From: Candidatus Brocadia sp.
Lineage (GTDB): Bacteria > Planctomycetota > Brocadiia > Brocadiales > Brocadiaceae
Assembly: GCA_021650915.1 (NCBI GenBank)
Contig: CP091279.1
Coordinates: 3,690,001 to 3,722,000 of the forward strand
DNA length: 32,000 bases
Direction: 5' to 3'
Under the pieces are notes generated by a model. It was given only the letters and a program-made list of their open reading frames with translations. It made no database searches and was not told where the DNA came from. The position numbers and the translations under genes are program-made. Shown here piece after piece: positions 14,512-23,377 of the stretch. How positions within the stretch are numbered: position 1 is the first letter of the stretch; each line of letters starts with the position of its first letter.

Positions 14512-15528
14512 TTACAGCGCCTTCAGGAATTCAACCAGGTCCTGCATCTCCTGCTGAGTCAAATGCGATGTCCTTCCATGCATGTCCTTCTCATTCACCG
14601 TGTTGTTGATCGTGTCTATCAACGTCCGGGCTCCCCCGTCATGGAAATACGTGCCCGATGCATAAATATCCCTCAACGTCGGCGTATCAAACTCCTTCAC
14701 CAGGTCCAGCCCGATGATCGGCGTGTCACTCTCCTCGCCATAGGGATCTTCCCCTGCCTCTAATGCCTTCAGGTTAAAGACCTTTCCCGGCGTTGAACGG
14801 AAACCCTTTACCCCAACACGGCCCGTCCCCACGTCATGGGTCTGCGCATCGCTAAAAAGCGCCTTCGGATCACTTGCATCACCCGGATGGCACTCCACAC
14901 ATCCCACATTCGGATCGTTGAATATCTTCTCGCCCCTCTTCTGCGCATCCGTCAGCGAACCATCCGGATTCCTGAACGGACTTCCCGTGAATTCCAGCGC
15001 ACGGATGTAGCAGATCAACGCCTCCAACCTCAATGGCGAAAAGTTCTCACTCCTGAACACAAACCCAGGGTCTCTTCCGCACACCCTGTCCAGCGAACTC
15101 GTTGCTCCCACGATCTCATCCGGATGTCCCGTGAATCCCTCATGACGGAACGGCGGCAAATACCTTCCCCCACGGATGTACTTCGTGTTCTTCCAGCTTC
15201 CCCATCCCTCATCACCAAGGTCCCAGATCAATCCCGTCGTCTGGCCCCTCTCGTAATGACAGCTCGCGCATGCATACTCACCCTGAAGACCCCAGGATGC
15301 ATCGTTAAACTGGAACTGCCCGTACCGCACCAGCTCGCTCTTGTACGGTGAGTGCTTTACCCGGTAATGCACCTCCGGCACCGTAAGCGGTTCTGCCCGC
15401 GGAAGCGGCTCCCACTCCGGCCCCGTCTGGATCGTCGCCACTACCTGCGGCGTACCGGCCATCAACTGGCCAGTTCCGATAAGTCCTAGCGCTACAACTA
15501 AGCCTGCTTTTAGTTTCCTTGTAAACAT
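14512..15528 (-). CDS. Di-heme cytochrome c peroxidase / MauG family protein
   Basis: A signal peptide, then two CXXCH motifs (CASCH, CVECH). FDTPTLRDIYASGTYFHDGGARTL matches the conserved P-x-L-R-N / Y-F-H-D-G region of bacterial CCPs. Confidence 0.7.
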   Translation of the reverse strand: MFTRKLKAGLVVALGLIGTGQLMAGTPQVVATIQTGPEWEPLPRAEPLTVPEVHYRVKHSPYKSELVRYGQFQFNDASWGLQGEYACASCHYERGQTTGLIWDLGDEGWGSWKNTKYIRGGRYLPPFRHEGFTGHPDEIVGATSSLDRVCGRDPGFVFRSENFSPLRLEALICYIRALEFTGSPFRNPDGSLTDAQKRGEKIFNDPNVGCVECHPGDASDPKALFSDAQTHDVGTGRVGVKGFRSTPGKVFNLKALEAGEDPYGEESDTPIIGLDLVKEFDTPTLRDIYASGTYFHDGGARTLIDTINNTVNEKDMHGRTSHLTQQEMQDLVEFLKAL

Positions 15529-15956
15529 ATCAAACCTCCTTCATGAAAGACAAATATCTCTATTGCTAAATGCCACGGTCTATAGGTGAATTGTGTCCAA
15601 CAGGCAATATACTAATTTTATTTCCCAATCGACCTCCTTTCCAGAATATTTTCTTTTTTATAATCTTTTGGCAATTTCCATATATAGCTTTGTGTAGCAA
15701 TGGGAATGCCAGACGATAGCTTTTTAATATACCACGCTGTAACTGTTGAAGGTATGCGCTTTAGATGATGTAGAGAAAGCTGTTACCAAAACGTTTGGGG
15801 AGTATTAAATTTGACTGGAACAAGTCTGGGGTGTTTCCGACGAAAAATTATTTTATATTACCCATAGAAATTACGAGATTTAGGGTAGTGCCTGAATACG
15901 GGCATAATCTCGCCCATTCGTTGGCAGGAGCTTTGTCCTTATTATTGATTTTATGC

Positions 15957-16177
15957 CATAACGCAGCACAGCCGCAACCAAATTTCCTTTATGAAAGCGG
16001 GGAAATTGCTTCGGAAAAGGAACTCGCAATGACAGCGACCATGCACTTTGATGGCACACGGCACGTTGTCATTGCGAGTGAAGCGAAGCAATCTTTCACT
16101 CATAAAAAACGGTACCTTCTGAAAGGGGTTTGTGAAAAAACTTACAAAAAAAGAAGTTTTTATGGAGAAATACTATA
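15957..16177 (+). repeat. Composite repeat C, copy 5
   Basis: Colinear and about 93 percent identical to 3232-3452. It explains track ORF 15795..16178 (the VIASEAKQS peptide). Confidence 0.9.
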
Positions 16178-16328
16178 GCGCGGCGCGTTATCAAAATCCG
16201 GCTTGCCTATTATTACAATGGCCTTAATGCGGGATAGCTCGATCATGGGGGACTTTTCTCTGGTCTCCGGGTGGCAACGCCACGAGATGTTTGGCGTTTT
16301 TCAATTAATACGGATATTTTTGGTAAGC

Positions 16329-17585
16329 TTACCCTTTGTAATATTCAGAAGACTTGTATTTTGAAATGATCGCGTCTACAAAGACTTTTACCGTAGAAGC
16401 GATCGGCACGGCCAGGAGTAGCCCTAAAAATCCAAACAACTGGCTGCAGATCAGAATGGAGAGGATTACCATGACGGGGCTCAGCCCCAATCCCTTTCCC
16501 ATAATCCGGGGGGTTATTACGGTTGCCTCAAGCATTTGACCGACACCGAAGGTTATCAGGACATACACGATGTGTGCGAAATCGTGGAAATGGAAGAGCG
16601 CGAGGACGGAAGCCAGGAGGATTCCCGTGCCTGTGCCAACAAACGGAATCAGGTTGCCAAAACCCCCTGCAAAGCCGAGAAGAAACGACAGGGGGATGCC
16701 TGCTATAGTCAGGCCGATGCTGTAGATGAGGGAAAGAATAAGGCAGACGATGAGCTGTCCCCGCAGAAAATGCCGGAGATTGTCATTTACCTTCGATAAG
16801 ACCCTCACTGCGTGGTCTCTTTTCGATGCGGGAAAAAAGTCCTTTATTGCCTTGGCTATGGTGTTAAAGTCCTTGAGCAGGTACACGGACACGACACTGA
16901 AGATGATAACATTGACGATGATGCCAAAGAAACCAAAGGTGCTGTAAAAAATGTTTTTGCCGATGTCCAGGAAAAAACCGACCACCTGAGGAAAATGCTT
17001 TTTGAATCTCCATACCACGTCTATCAGGGGGGTTTTTTTCCCCTGTGAAGTTGTGTCAGCGGCTGTATTTTTGTGTTCGGGTGGTATCCAGCTACCGCTG
17101 TCTTTTTCAATATCTTCAGATGGTATCGTTTTCTGTTCGGAGTCGGGGGCAGGTTCTTGAGTTACCCCTAATAGCGATTTTATTGATTGGACAAATTCAG
17201 TGTCCCCGTGCGTTCCGAGCCACGACTCAAAGGCGGCCTGATATTTCGGGTAGTGATACCTGATGATACCGCCCACCTGATATACCCCACTGACCGTCTT
17301 TGGAATTGCGTAGGTCAGGAATCCGGCGGTAGTCAGGAATACGGTAATGATAATGAAGACGATGCCGAATCCGCGCTGGATGTGTTTCCGGGTAAATGGC
17401 CACGTTTTTCGTTCAAAGAAATCAACCGCAGGATCAAAGATGTAGGCAACAATAAATGCCAGGAGAAGGGAGATAAGCGTGCCTCTCAGGAAATAACACA
17501 GCACGAAAAAAAGAATAATCGAAATACCCGCGAGCATGACCCGCACCCACAGGTTATCCAGCATTTTTTGCCGTTCATTTTCCAT
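16329..17585 (-). CDS. AI-2E family transporter (PerM/UPF0118-like) with a long hydrophilic loop
   Basis: Multiple TM helices. The family-typical segment is LLGFAGGFGNLIPFVGTGTG. A hydrophilic insert of roughly 70-100 residues (...SLLGVTQEPAPDSEQKTIPSEDIEKDSG...) lies between the TM blocks. Confidence 0.8.
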   Translation of the reverse strand: MENERQKMLDNLWVRVMLAGISIILFFVLCYFLRGTLISLLLAFIVAYIFDPAVDFFERKTWPFTRKHIQRGFGIVFIIITVFLTTAGFLTYAIPKTVSGVYQVGGIIRYHYPKYQAAFESWLGTHGDTEFVQSIKSLLGVTQEPAPDSEQKTIPSEDIEKDSGSWIPPEHKNTAADTTSQGKKTPLIDVVWRFKKHFPQVVGFFLDIGKNIFYSTFGFFGIIVNVIIFSVVSVYLLKDFNTIAKAIKDFFPASKRDHAVRVLSKVNDNLRHFLRGQLIVCLILSLIYSIGLTIAGIPLSFLLGFAGGFGNLIPFVGTGTGILLASVLALFHFHDFAHIVYVLITFGVGQMLEATVITPRIMGKGLGLSPVMVILSILICSQLFGFLGLLLAVPIASTVKVFVDAIISKYKSSEYYKG

Positions 17586-17590
17586 ACGTT

Positions 17591-18037
17591 CTATTCCTGG
17601 TTATCCATATCAGCGCCGGCCGTGGCCGAGCCTATTATCAGGTGGTCACTGATAGCCTCGGTGATGGAAGCCCCGATGCCTTTTACCTTATTGAGTTCAT
17701 CCAAAGTCTTAAAATTGCCATGTTTTTCGCGATAAGCAACGATGGCCTTTGCCTTTGCCTCACCCAGTTTCGGCAGTAAAACCAGCTCATACCAGGGTGA
17801 TGTATTGACATCGAGTTTGACTTTTATATCCTCAGGTTTAAGGGTGCTGACAATCTCTGTTTCGGGCAACCACCAATGGTAATCCATGCCTATTTTTATT
17901 ATCGTGGCGATAAAAAGCGTTGTCGCCAAAAAATAAATGACGATGAGTTGTCGTTTTGTGGGAGAAGATCCATCGAACGGTCTTTGTGGTATGGTCATAA
18001 TAACCAGATTTTTAAGTGCTCTTGATGCATTCCACAA
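17591..18037 (-). CDS. comEA: ComEA-like helix-hairpin-helix DNA-binding protein with N-terminal TM anchor
   Basis: DVNTSPWYELVLLPKLGEAKAKAIVAYREKHGNFKTLDELNKVKGIGASI is the ComEA HhH pattern. The TTG start at 18037 has AAGGAG 8 nt upstream. ATG 17998 is an alternative start. Confidence 0.75.
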   Translation of the reverse strand: MWNASRALKNLVIMTIPQRPFDGSSPTKRQLIVIYFLATTLFIATIIKIGMDYHWWLPETEIVSTLKPEDIKVKLDVNTSPWYELVLLPKLGEAKAKAIVAYREKHGNFKTLDELNKVKGIGASITEAISDHLIIGSATAGADMDNQE

Positions 18038-18144
18038 TACGAACGCTCCTTTTTGCTATTATACCTTATCGTTCCTGACAATATCCAGCAGTAATTTCAA
18101 AGGAATCAAGTTGTGAAGCATGGATTTACCGAAAATAGCGATTC

Positions 18145-18417
18145 TCAGATATCGGATAATGGGTATCTGAAAGTTTGTGCGGTGGAAGTTTTCCCCGGCG
18201 AGCGAAAGATGCTGATAATGCAATTTCTGAAAAAAGCTATAATTCTGAGCGCATGGTTTGTTCGCATGGAGGAGCGGTCTTCATGAAAGGCGGCGTCACG
18301 AGCGTAATGAAGTCTGTTTTTAATACTCCTATGTCGCCGGTTCGGGCGGAATATGCGGGCATGGTCAGCCTTTTGTCGGGCTGGTCTTTTGCATGCGCAG
18401 AAAAGGACCAGCCTCAA
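18145..18417 (-). pseudogene. C-terminal relic of an ISAs1/IS4-like DDE transposase
   Basis: RRHRSIKNRLHYARDAAFHEDRSSMRTNHALRIIAFFRNCIISIF is colinear with the [23 protein letters not shown].GN...N.A.LR..ALNLL terminus of ISAs1-type transposases, with W-to-R and E-to-K changes. No catalytic domain lies upstream, and I found no terminal inverted repeats. Confidence 0.55.
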
Positions 18418-18499
18418 ATCCCTTCTTTCTCTTGCCTTGTCACTCCCTCTTTTTTGCTTATCATAACTTTGACGTTACCCTGGTAAGAAGCAATTATCC

Positions 18500-18528
18500 T
18501 TGACAAGAATAATATCCTGTGCTAGGAT
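18500..18528 (+). promoter_or_regulatory. Candidate sigma70-type promoter (TTGACA - 17 nt - TAGGAT)
   Basis: TTGACA at 18500-18505, an exact 17-nt spacer, then TAGGAT at 18523-18528. It lies about 45 nt upstream of the first gene of the long plus-strand gene train. This is a sequence match only. Confidence 0.3.
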
Positions 18529-18571
18529 TTGCAAATATAATAAGTTATAATTTATTGTGAAGTATTATGTT

Positions 18572-19015
18572 ATGATTCCAGAACATTTAAAATATACATC
18601 AACCCACGAATGGTTCTTTTGGGATAATAAAGTGGTCACGATTGGTCTTTCGAAATTTATTGTTGACGAACTCGATGACCTCTTGTTTCTTGATCTCCCA
18701 AAGGTAGGAGATGAAATCCTTTCTGGAATTTCCTTTGGAGAGCTCGAGGCATTAGACAAACTGATTGATATTACCTCTCCCATGGCAGGCGAGATTGTGG
18801 CAGTAAACGAACGCCTTTACGAAAATCTGAATATCTTAAGTAACGACCCATACCATCATGGTTGGTTAATAAAGTTTGTAACCACCGAAATACATCTTCT
18901 GAATGAACTCCTGGACGCAAAGGAATATAAGGCACATCTGAGTAAATTGCAATTTGCTGCGCCACGCCAACGAAAACGATACGCCAAAAGTATAAAAGGG
19001 AAGCGGCGGAAATAA
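18572..19015 (+). CDS. Glycine-cleavage H-protein-like (lipoyl-domain fold) protein, atypical
   Basis: LKYTSTHEW, TIGLSKFIVDELDDLLFLDLPKVG and SPMAGEIVAVNERL...NDPYHHGWLIKF are colinear with GcvH. The start is taken at ATG 18572; GTG 18557 is also possible. It has a basic C-terminal tail, APRQRKRYAKSIKGKRRK. Confidence 0.8.
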   Translation: MIPEHLKYTSTHEWFFWDNKVVTIGLSKFIVDELDDLLFLDLPKVGDEILSGISFGELEALDKLIDITSPMAGEIVAVNERLYENLNILSNDPYHHGWLIKFVTTEIHLLNELLDAKEYKAHLSKLQFAAPRQRKRYAKSIKGKRRK

Positions 19016-19021
19016 GTTTTT

Positions 19022-20068
19022 ATGAATTCCATACAGAACCGCAGACTTGTTATTTTAACTGAAGGAAGGCTCGATCTCTTTAGTGCAAAAACCGCCGTCA
19101 GCGTCATTCGTTACTGCAAAGAAGATGTGGTTGCGCTTGTAGACCGCGTAAATGCCGGCAACGATCCCGAATCGGTTATCGGTATTGGGAAAGGAATTCC
19201 CATTGTCCCTGCAATCGGAGACGCCCTTCATCTTAAACCCAATGCCCTCCTTATAGGGATTGCGCCACCCGGCGGCATGCTGCCGCCTGAATGGCGTAAA
19301 CATATTACCGATGCACTCAGAAACGGACTCCACATCATCAGCGGACTCCATTGCCATCTAAACGACGACCGCGAATTTCGCCAACTGGCAAACGAGCACC
19401 ACGTGAAAATCTGGGATGTTCGTAATCCTTCCGATGAGATCCCTTTGGGCACGGGAAAAGCAAAAAATACCAGGACGCTTCGTATCCTTACCGTAGGCTC
19501 TGATTGTAATATCGGGAAGATGGTGACTTCGATTGAAATTACCGGCGCAGCCAGACAGCGGGGTATCAACGCCTGCTTTGTTGCTACAGGACAAACCGGC
19601 ATTATGATCGATGGCAGCGGAATTGCCGTGGACCATGTTGTTTCTGACTTCATTTCCGGAGCGGCGGAAAAACTGGTGCTTGACCGCGCCCAGTATCAAC
19701 TCTTAAGCATTGAAGGGCAGGGCACAATCGTCCATCCGGCATATTCCGGCGTTACCCTTGGGCTGTTGCATGGATCAGCTCCCCAGGGACTTATCCTGTG
19801 TCATCAACCTACACGAAAGACACTTCGCCATTTCAACGATTTTCCCATTTTACCTCTTTCTTACCTGATCGATCTTTATGAAAAATTAGCACAGCCCGTC
19901 TATCCATGCAGGGTGCTTGGCATTTCACTCAATTGCTTCGGCATGACGGACCGTGATGCTTTACAGGAGATTCAACGGGTGGAGCGGGAGACAAAACTTC
20001 CTGCCACTGACCCCATTAAGTTTGGCGTAAGCAAATTTATCGACAGCATCCACCCCCTTTTGCCATGA
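19022..20068 (+). CDS. DUF1611 family protein (DgcN-like, putative D-glutamate N-acetyltransferase type)
   Basis: An N-terminal Rossmann-like segment (RLVILTEG...SAKTA) and a P-loop-like VGSDCNIGKMVTS are typical of DUF1611. It sits next to an enolase-superfamily epimerase, as is common for this family. Confidence 0.7.
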   Translation: MNSIQNRRLVILTEGRLDLFSAKTAVSVIRYCKEDVVALVDRVNAGNDPESVIGIGKGIPIVPAIGDALHLKPNALLIGIAPPGGMLPPEWRKHITDALRNGLHIISGLHCHLNDDREFRQLANEHHVKIWDVRNPSDEIPLGTGKAKNTRTLRILTVGSDCNIGKMVTSIEITGAARQRGINACFVATGQTGIMIDGSGIAVDHVVSDFISGAAEKLVLDRAQYQLLSIEGQGTIVHPAYSGVTLGLLHGSAPQGLILCHQPTRKTLRHFNDFPILPLSYLIDLYEKLAQPVYPCRVLGISLNCFGMTDRDALQEIQRVERETKLPATDPIKFGVSKFIDSIHPLLP

Positions 20069-21141
20069 ATCTCTCTTCTTATCCTCTCGATTTGAAACTA
20101 AGACACACCTTCCAGATTGCCAGAGAAACCCGTGATATTCAAAATAATGTTGTCGTCATGTTAAGAGACGGCGATGGTGTCATTGGTTTTGGAGAAGCCG
20201 CACCAACCCGCTTTTTTGGAGAGGATGTAAGGAGTGTTGCCAGGGCGCTTGGTCAGTCGGTTGACCTTTTGAAACAAGCCAATCCCTTTCACCTGGAGGA
20301 CATTACCCATCTCCTCAAAGAGAGATTTCCCGGAGATGCATCCGCCCGTGCGGCCATAGATATTGCCCTTTACGACCTCATTGGCAAGAAGCTCAATATC
20401 CCCCTGTATCAGCTTCTGGGATTAAAGCAACCCACTGAAAAAGTAACGTCATTTACTATAGGAATTGACACCCTGGAAAAGATGTGCAGGAAGGTTGACG
20501 AAGCAAAAGACTTCCCCGTCCTTAAGATCAAGGCGGGTTTTAAAGAAGACATGGAGACCCTGAGAGAATTGCGTAAAATCACCAAGGCGGTCTTTCGCAT
20601 TGACGCCAATACCGGATGGACACTTTCCGAAGCGAGAGAAAAACTGACTCTTATGGAAAACCTTGGCGTTGAGCTTGTGGAACAGCCATTTCCCGTTGGC
20701 AGTATTGAATTGCTTCAAAAGATCAGGCATTATGTAAAAATTCCCATCTTTGTTGACGAAGATGTAAAAACCGCACGAGATATACCCGCATTTTCCGGTG
20801 CAGTGGACGGAATTAATATCAAACTCATGAAATGTGGTGGGATTCGTGAAGCGATTCGGATGATTCATACAGCTCGTGCCCACGGACTCAAAATAATGAT
20901 TGGTTGCAATATTGAAAGCTCGGTATCAATCACAGCGGCTGCGCATTTAGCGACATTAGTTGACTATATTGATCTTGACGGGCATCTCCTTGTTGTCAAC
21001 GACCCATACACGGGGGTAACAGCCGATAAGGGAAGATTGACATTACCGGCGGGTGACGGATTAGGAGTGTCGCCACGCAGCAGCGAGACCTTATCGTCTT
21101 TGTGCAAAAGTGATGCGGATAAACCGTTTATCCGTAGTTAG
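20065..21141 (+). CDS. Enolase-superfamily dipeptide (L-Ala-D/L-Glu type) epimerase / N-acyl amino acid racemase-like
   Basis: Catalytic and metal motifs appear in order: LKIKAG (K-x-K), RIDANTGW (Asp), VEQP (Glu), FVDEDV (Asp), INIKLMKCGG (Lys). The start overlaps the upstream stop as ATGA. Confidence 0.85.
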   Translation: MNLSSYPLDLKLRHTFQIARETRDIQNNVVVMLRDGDGVIGFGEAAPTRFFGEDVRSVARALGQSVDLLKQANPFHLEDITHLLKERFPGDASARAAIDIALYDLIGKKLNIPLYQLLGLKQPTEKVTSFTIGIDTLEKMCRKVDEAKDFPVLKIKAGFKEDMETLRELRKITKAVFRIDANTGWTLSEAREKLTLMENLGVELVEQPFPVGSIELLQKIRHYVKIPIFVDEDVKTARDIPAFSGAVDGINIKLMKCGGIREAIRMIHTARAHGLKIMIGCNIESSVSITAAAHLATLVDYIDLDGHLLVVNDPYTGVTADKGRLTLPAGDGLGVSPRSSETLSSLCKSDADKPFIRS

Positions 21142-21173
21142 AAAATAAAATAAACGTTCTGGAAAAAGAAGCT

Positions 21174-22355
21174 ATGACAGATAAAACACTTACCCAGGAA
21201 ATACTAACCCATGCCAGAGGAATCCATGATTATGTTGTCAGGATGCGGCGGGATTTTCACAAGCATCCTGAAACGGGTTTTGGTGAAATCCGCACTGCCG
21301 GTGTTATTGTTGAGGAATTGAAGCGACTAGGATTACAGGTACAAACAGAAATTGCCAAAACAGGAGTCCTTGGTACGCTTCCGGTCGATGGGGCCTCAAG
21401 TACCGTTGCCTTTCGGGCTGATATGGATGCCTTGCCGATAACCGAAGAAAATGATCTCGAATTCAAATCCCAAAACGAAGGGATGTCCCATGCCTGCGGG
21501 CACGATGCGAACATGGCAATGCTTTTGGGCGCTGCCAAACTCATGGTACAGTTGAAGGACAAATTAAAACGACAGGTGAAGTTCATCTTTCAGCCTTGTG
21601 AAGAACAACACCCGGGTGGAGCAAAACTCATGGTTGAGCAAGGAATCCTAAAGGATATAAACGAAATCTATGGAGTGCATATCGACCCGAATATTCCATC
21701 CGGCACCTTTGGATTACGGGCAGGGGCTACCATGGCGGCGACGGACCGCATCGTCATTACCATTATAGGGAAGGGCGGCCATGCCTCTACCCCACACTTG
21801 TGTGTAGACCCCATTGTTACTGCAGCTGAGGTAATATTAGCAATTCAGACGATTGTTTCACGCAAGGTGAATCCGCTGTCTCCCTGCGTCGTTTCTTTGT
21901 GCCAGATATCTGGTGGGACAACTTTCAACGTCATCCCGGATAAGGTCAGGATCATCGGTACGGTAAGAACCCTTGCCAAGGAACTGAGATACAAGATGCC
22001 GATCCTGATAGAAGAGGCTATTCGGGGGATTACTTCACTCAACAATGCCTCATACCAATTTGAATATCTCAAGGGACATCCTCCGCTTCATAACCCGCAG
22101 CAACAGGTGGATTTCGTACAGGATAAAATCATTGAACTCTTTGGCAATAAATCGGTGGAGCAGATAGATCCCAAGATGGGAGGGGAGGACTTTTCCTATT
22201 ACCTGGAAAAAATAAAGGGCGCCTATCTTTTTTTAGGTTCAGGAAACATTGAAAAAGGCGCAAGCCAACCTTTACACAGCGCACGGTTCTTATTAGATGA
22301 AGACGTGCTTTCCATGGGTCCAGCCCTCTTCACGTATATTGCCTGTTGCCCATAA
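21174..22355 (+). CDS. M20D family amidohydrolase (N-acyl-L-amino acid amidohydrolase / hippuricase type)
   Basis: FHKHPETGFGE, the hallmark HACGHD, and QPCEEQHPGGAK (QPAEE-like) followed by GGEDFSYY. Confidence 0.85.
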   Translation: MTDKTLTQEILTHARGIHDYVVRMRRDFHKHPETGFGEIRTAGVIVEELKRLGLQVQTEIAKTGVLGTLPVDGASSTVAFRADMDALPITEENDLEFKSQNEGMSHACGHDANMAMLLGAAKLMVQLKDKLKRQVKFIFQPCEEQHPGGAKLMVEQGILKDINEIYGVHIDPNIPSGTFGLRAGATMAATDRIVITIIGKGGHASTPHLCVDPIVTAAEVILAIQTIVSRKVNPLSPCVVSLCQISGGTTFNVIPDKVRIIGTVRTLAKELRYKMPILIEEAIRGITSLNNASYQFEYLKGHPPLHNPQQQVDFVQDKIIELFGNKSVEQIDPKMGGEDFSYYLEKIKGAYLFLGSGNIEKGASQPLHSARFLLDEDVLSMGPALFTYIACCP

Positions 22356-22486
22356 TTGGCCGTAGGAAAAATTGTTGTGCCAATTATTTGAAACCACAAA
22401 CATGCTTTCTGATTAGACAAACGCTTTCCTGGGTTGTACAGAAAAGCTTACATACTTTTTTTGGGCAACGTCGTTCAAGAAAAATC

Positions 22487-23350
22487 ATGTCGAAGCATTT
22501 TCTTAATATACCTGTCATGTATCGGTTGGTAACAAGGTGGATAGGTTATTTGCCAACACCTGTATCCTACGCCATTTCGCAGCACATCGCAGATTTTAGT
22601 TACGTGCTCTATACTTCAGCAGGAAAGAACGTAAAGCAGAATCTTCGGTTGGTATTTCCAGATCTGCCGGACAAGAACCTCTCACGCCTCGCAAGAAGAC
22701 TCTTCAGAAACTACAGCAAATACATCGTCGATTGCGGCAGGTTTACCAATTTCAACAAAAAGGCGCTCACAGAGCAAATAGTTTGTTACGAAGGAAAAAA
22801 GAACCTCGACGAGGTGCTTCACATGAATAAAGGGTTGATCCTGTTGACAGCGCATCTTGGCAACTGGGAATTAGGAGGGATGTTTTTTGGAAGCTATGGT
22901 TTTAAAATAAATGTTCTGACCCTTCCCGATGAGAATCCGGAAATTGATACGATCAGGAGTTGGCACAGGAGTGTATATGGTGTAAAAACTATTCCGGTGG
23001 GTAACACGCCATTTTCGATGCTGGAAGTGGCAAGGGCGCTTGATAATAAGGAAATTATTGCCATGTTAATTGATCGGCACCATGCCGGACTGGACAGTAT
23101 TGCAACGGACTTTTTTCATAAACCTACCTTGTTTCCAAGAGGGCCGTTTGTCCTGAGCAGGCTAACGGGCGCTCCGATCATTGTCGCTTTTGTCGTGAAA
23201 GAGAAAGATGTATATAAAGGCATTATAGAAAGGCCTCTCATGGTTACACATGAAGACGAGGAATGCGCAATATTAAGAGAGGTTGTAAAAATATTTGAAA
23301 AGTATATAATGCTTTATCCAGACCAGTGGTATAATTTCACGCCCATCTGA
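22487..23350 (+). CDS. LpxL/HtrB-type lysophospholipid (lipid A late) acyltransferase family protein
   Basis: LLTAHLGNWELGG is the H-x-G-N-W-E motif of this family. It has an N-terminal membrane-associated helix. The start is set at ATG 22487 (MSKHFLN). Confidence 0.7.
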   Translation: MSKHFLNIPVMYRLVTRWIGYLPTPVSYAISQHIADFSYVLYTSAGKNVKQNLRLVFPDLPDKNLSRLARRLFRNYSKYIVDCGRFTNFNKKALTEQIVCYEGKKNLDEVLHMNKGLILLTAHLGNWELGGMFFGSYGFKINVLTLPDENPEIDTIRSWHRSVYGVKTIPVGNTPFSMLEVARALDNKEIIAMLIDRHHAGLDSIATDFFHKPTLFPRGPFVLSRLTGAPIIVAFVVKEKDVYKGIIERPLMVTHEDEECAILREVVKIFEKYIMLYPDQWYNFTPI

Positions 23351-23377
23351 CTTTAAGAGTAATACGGGAGATGGAAA

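Noticed and set aside
14397-15351. Plus-strand ORFs 14397..14609, 14410..14763 and 14836..15351, opposite the peroxidase gene
   Set aside because: These are long antisense frames, as expected in a GC-rich gene. They have no motifs or start-site signals, and the minus-strand product has clear CCP/MauG features.
16276-16301. Hairpin AACGCC-11 nt-GGCGTT followed by a T-run, as a possible intrinsic terminator
   Set aside because: The stem is only 6 bp. The T-run is on the plus strand, where no gene ends upstream. On the minus strand, downstream of the AI-2E transporter gene, the stem is followed by GCC rather than a U-tract.
18175-18486. Plus-strand ORF 18175..18486 (103 aa)
   Set aside because: It lies antisense to the transposase relic and has no recognisable features. 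It is most likely a by-product of the degenerate IS fragment.
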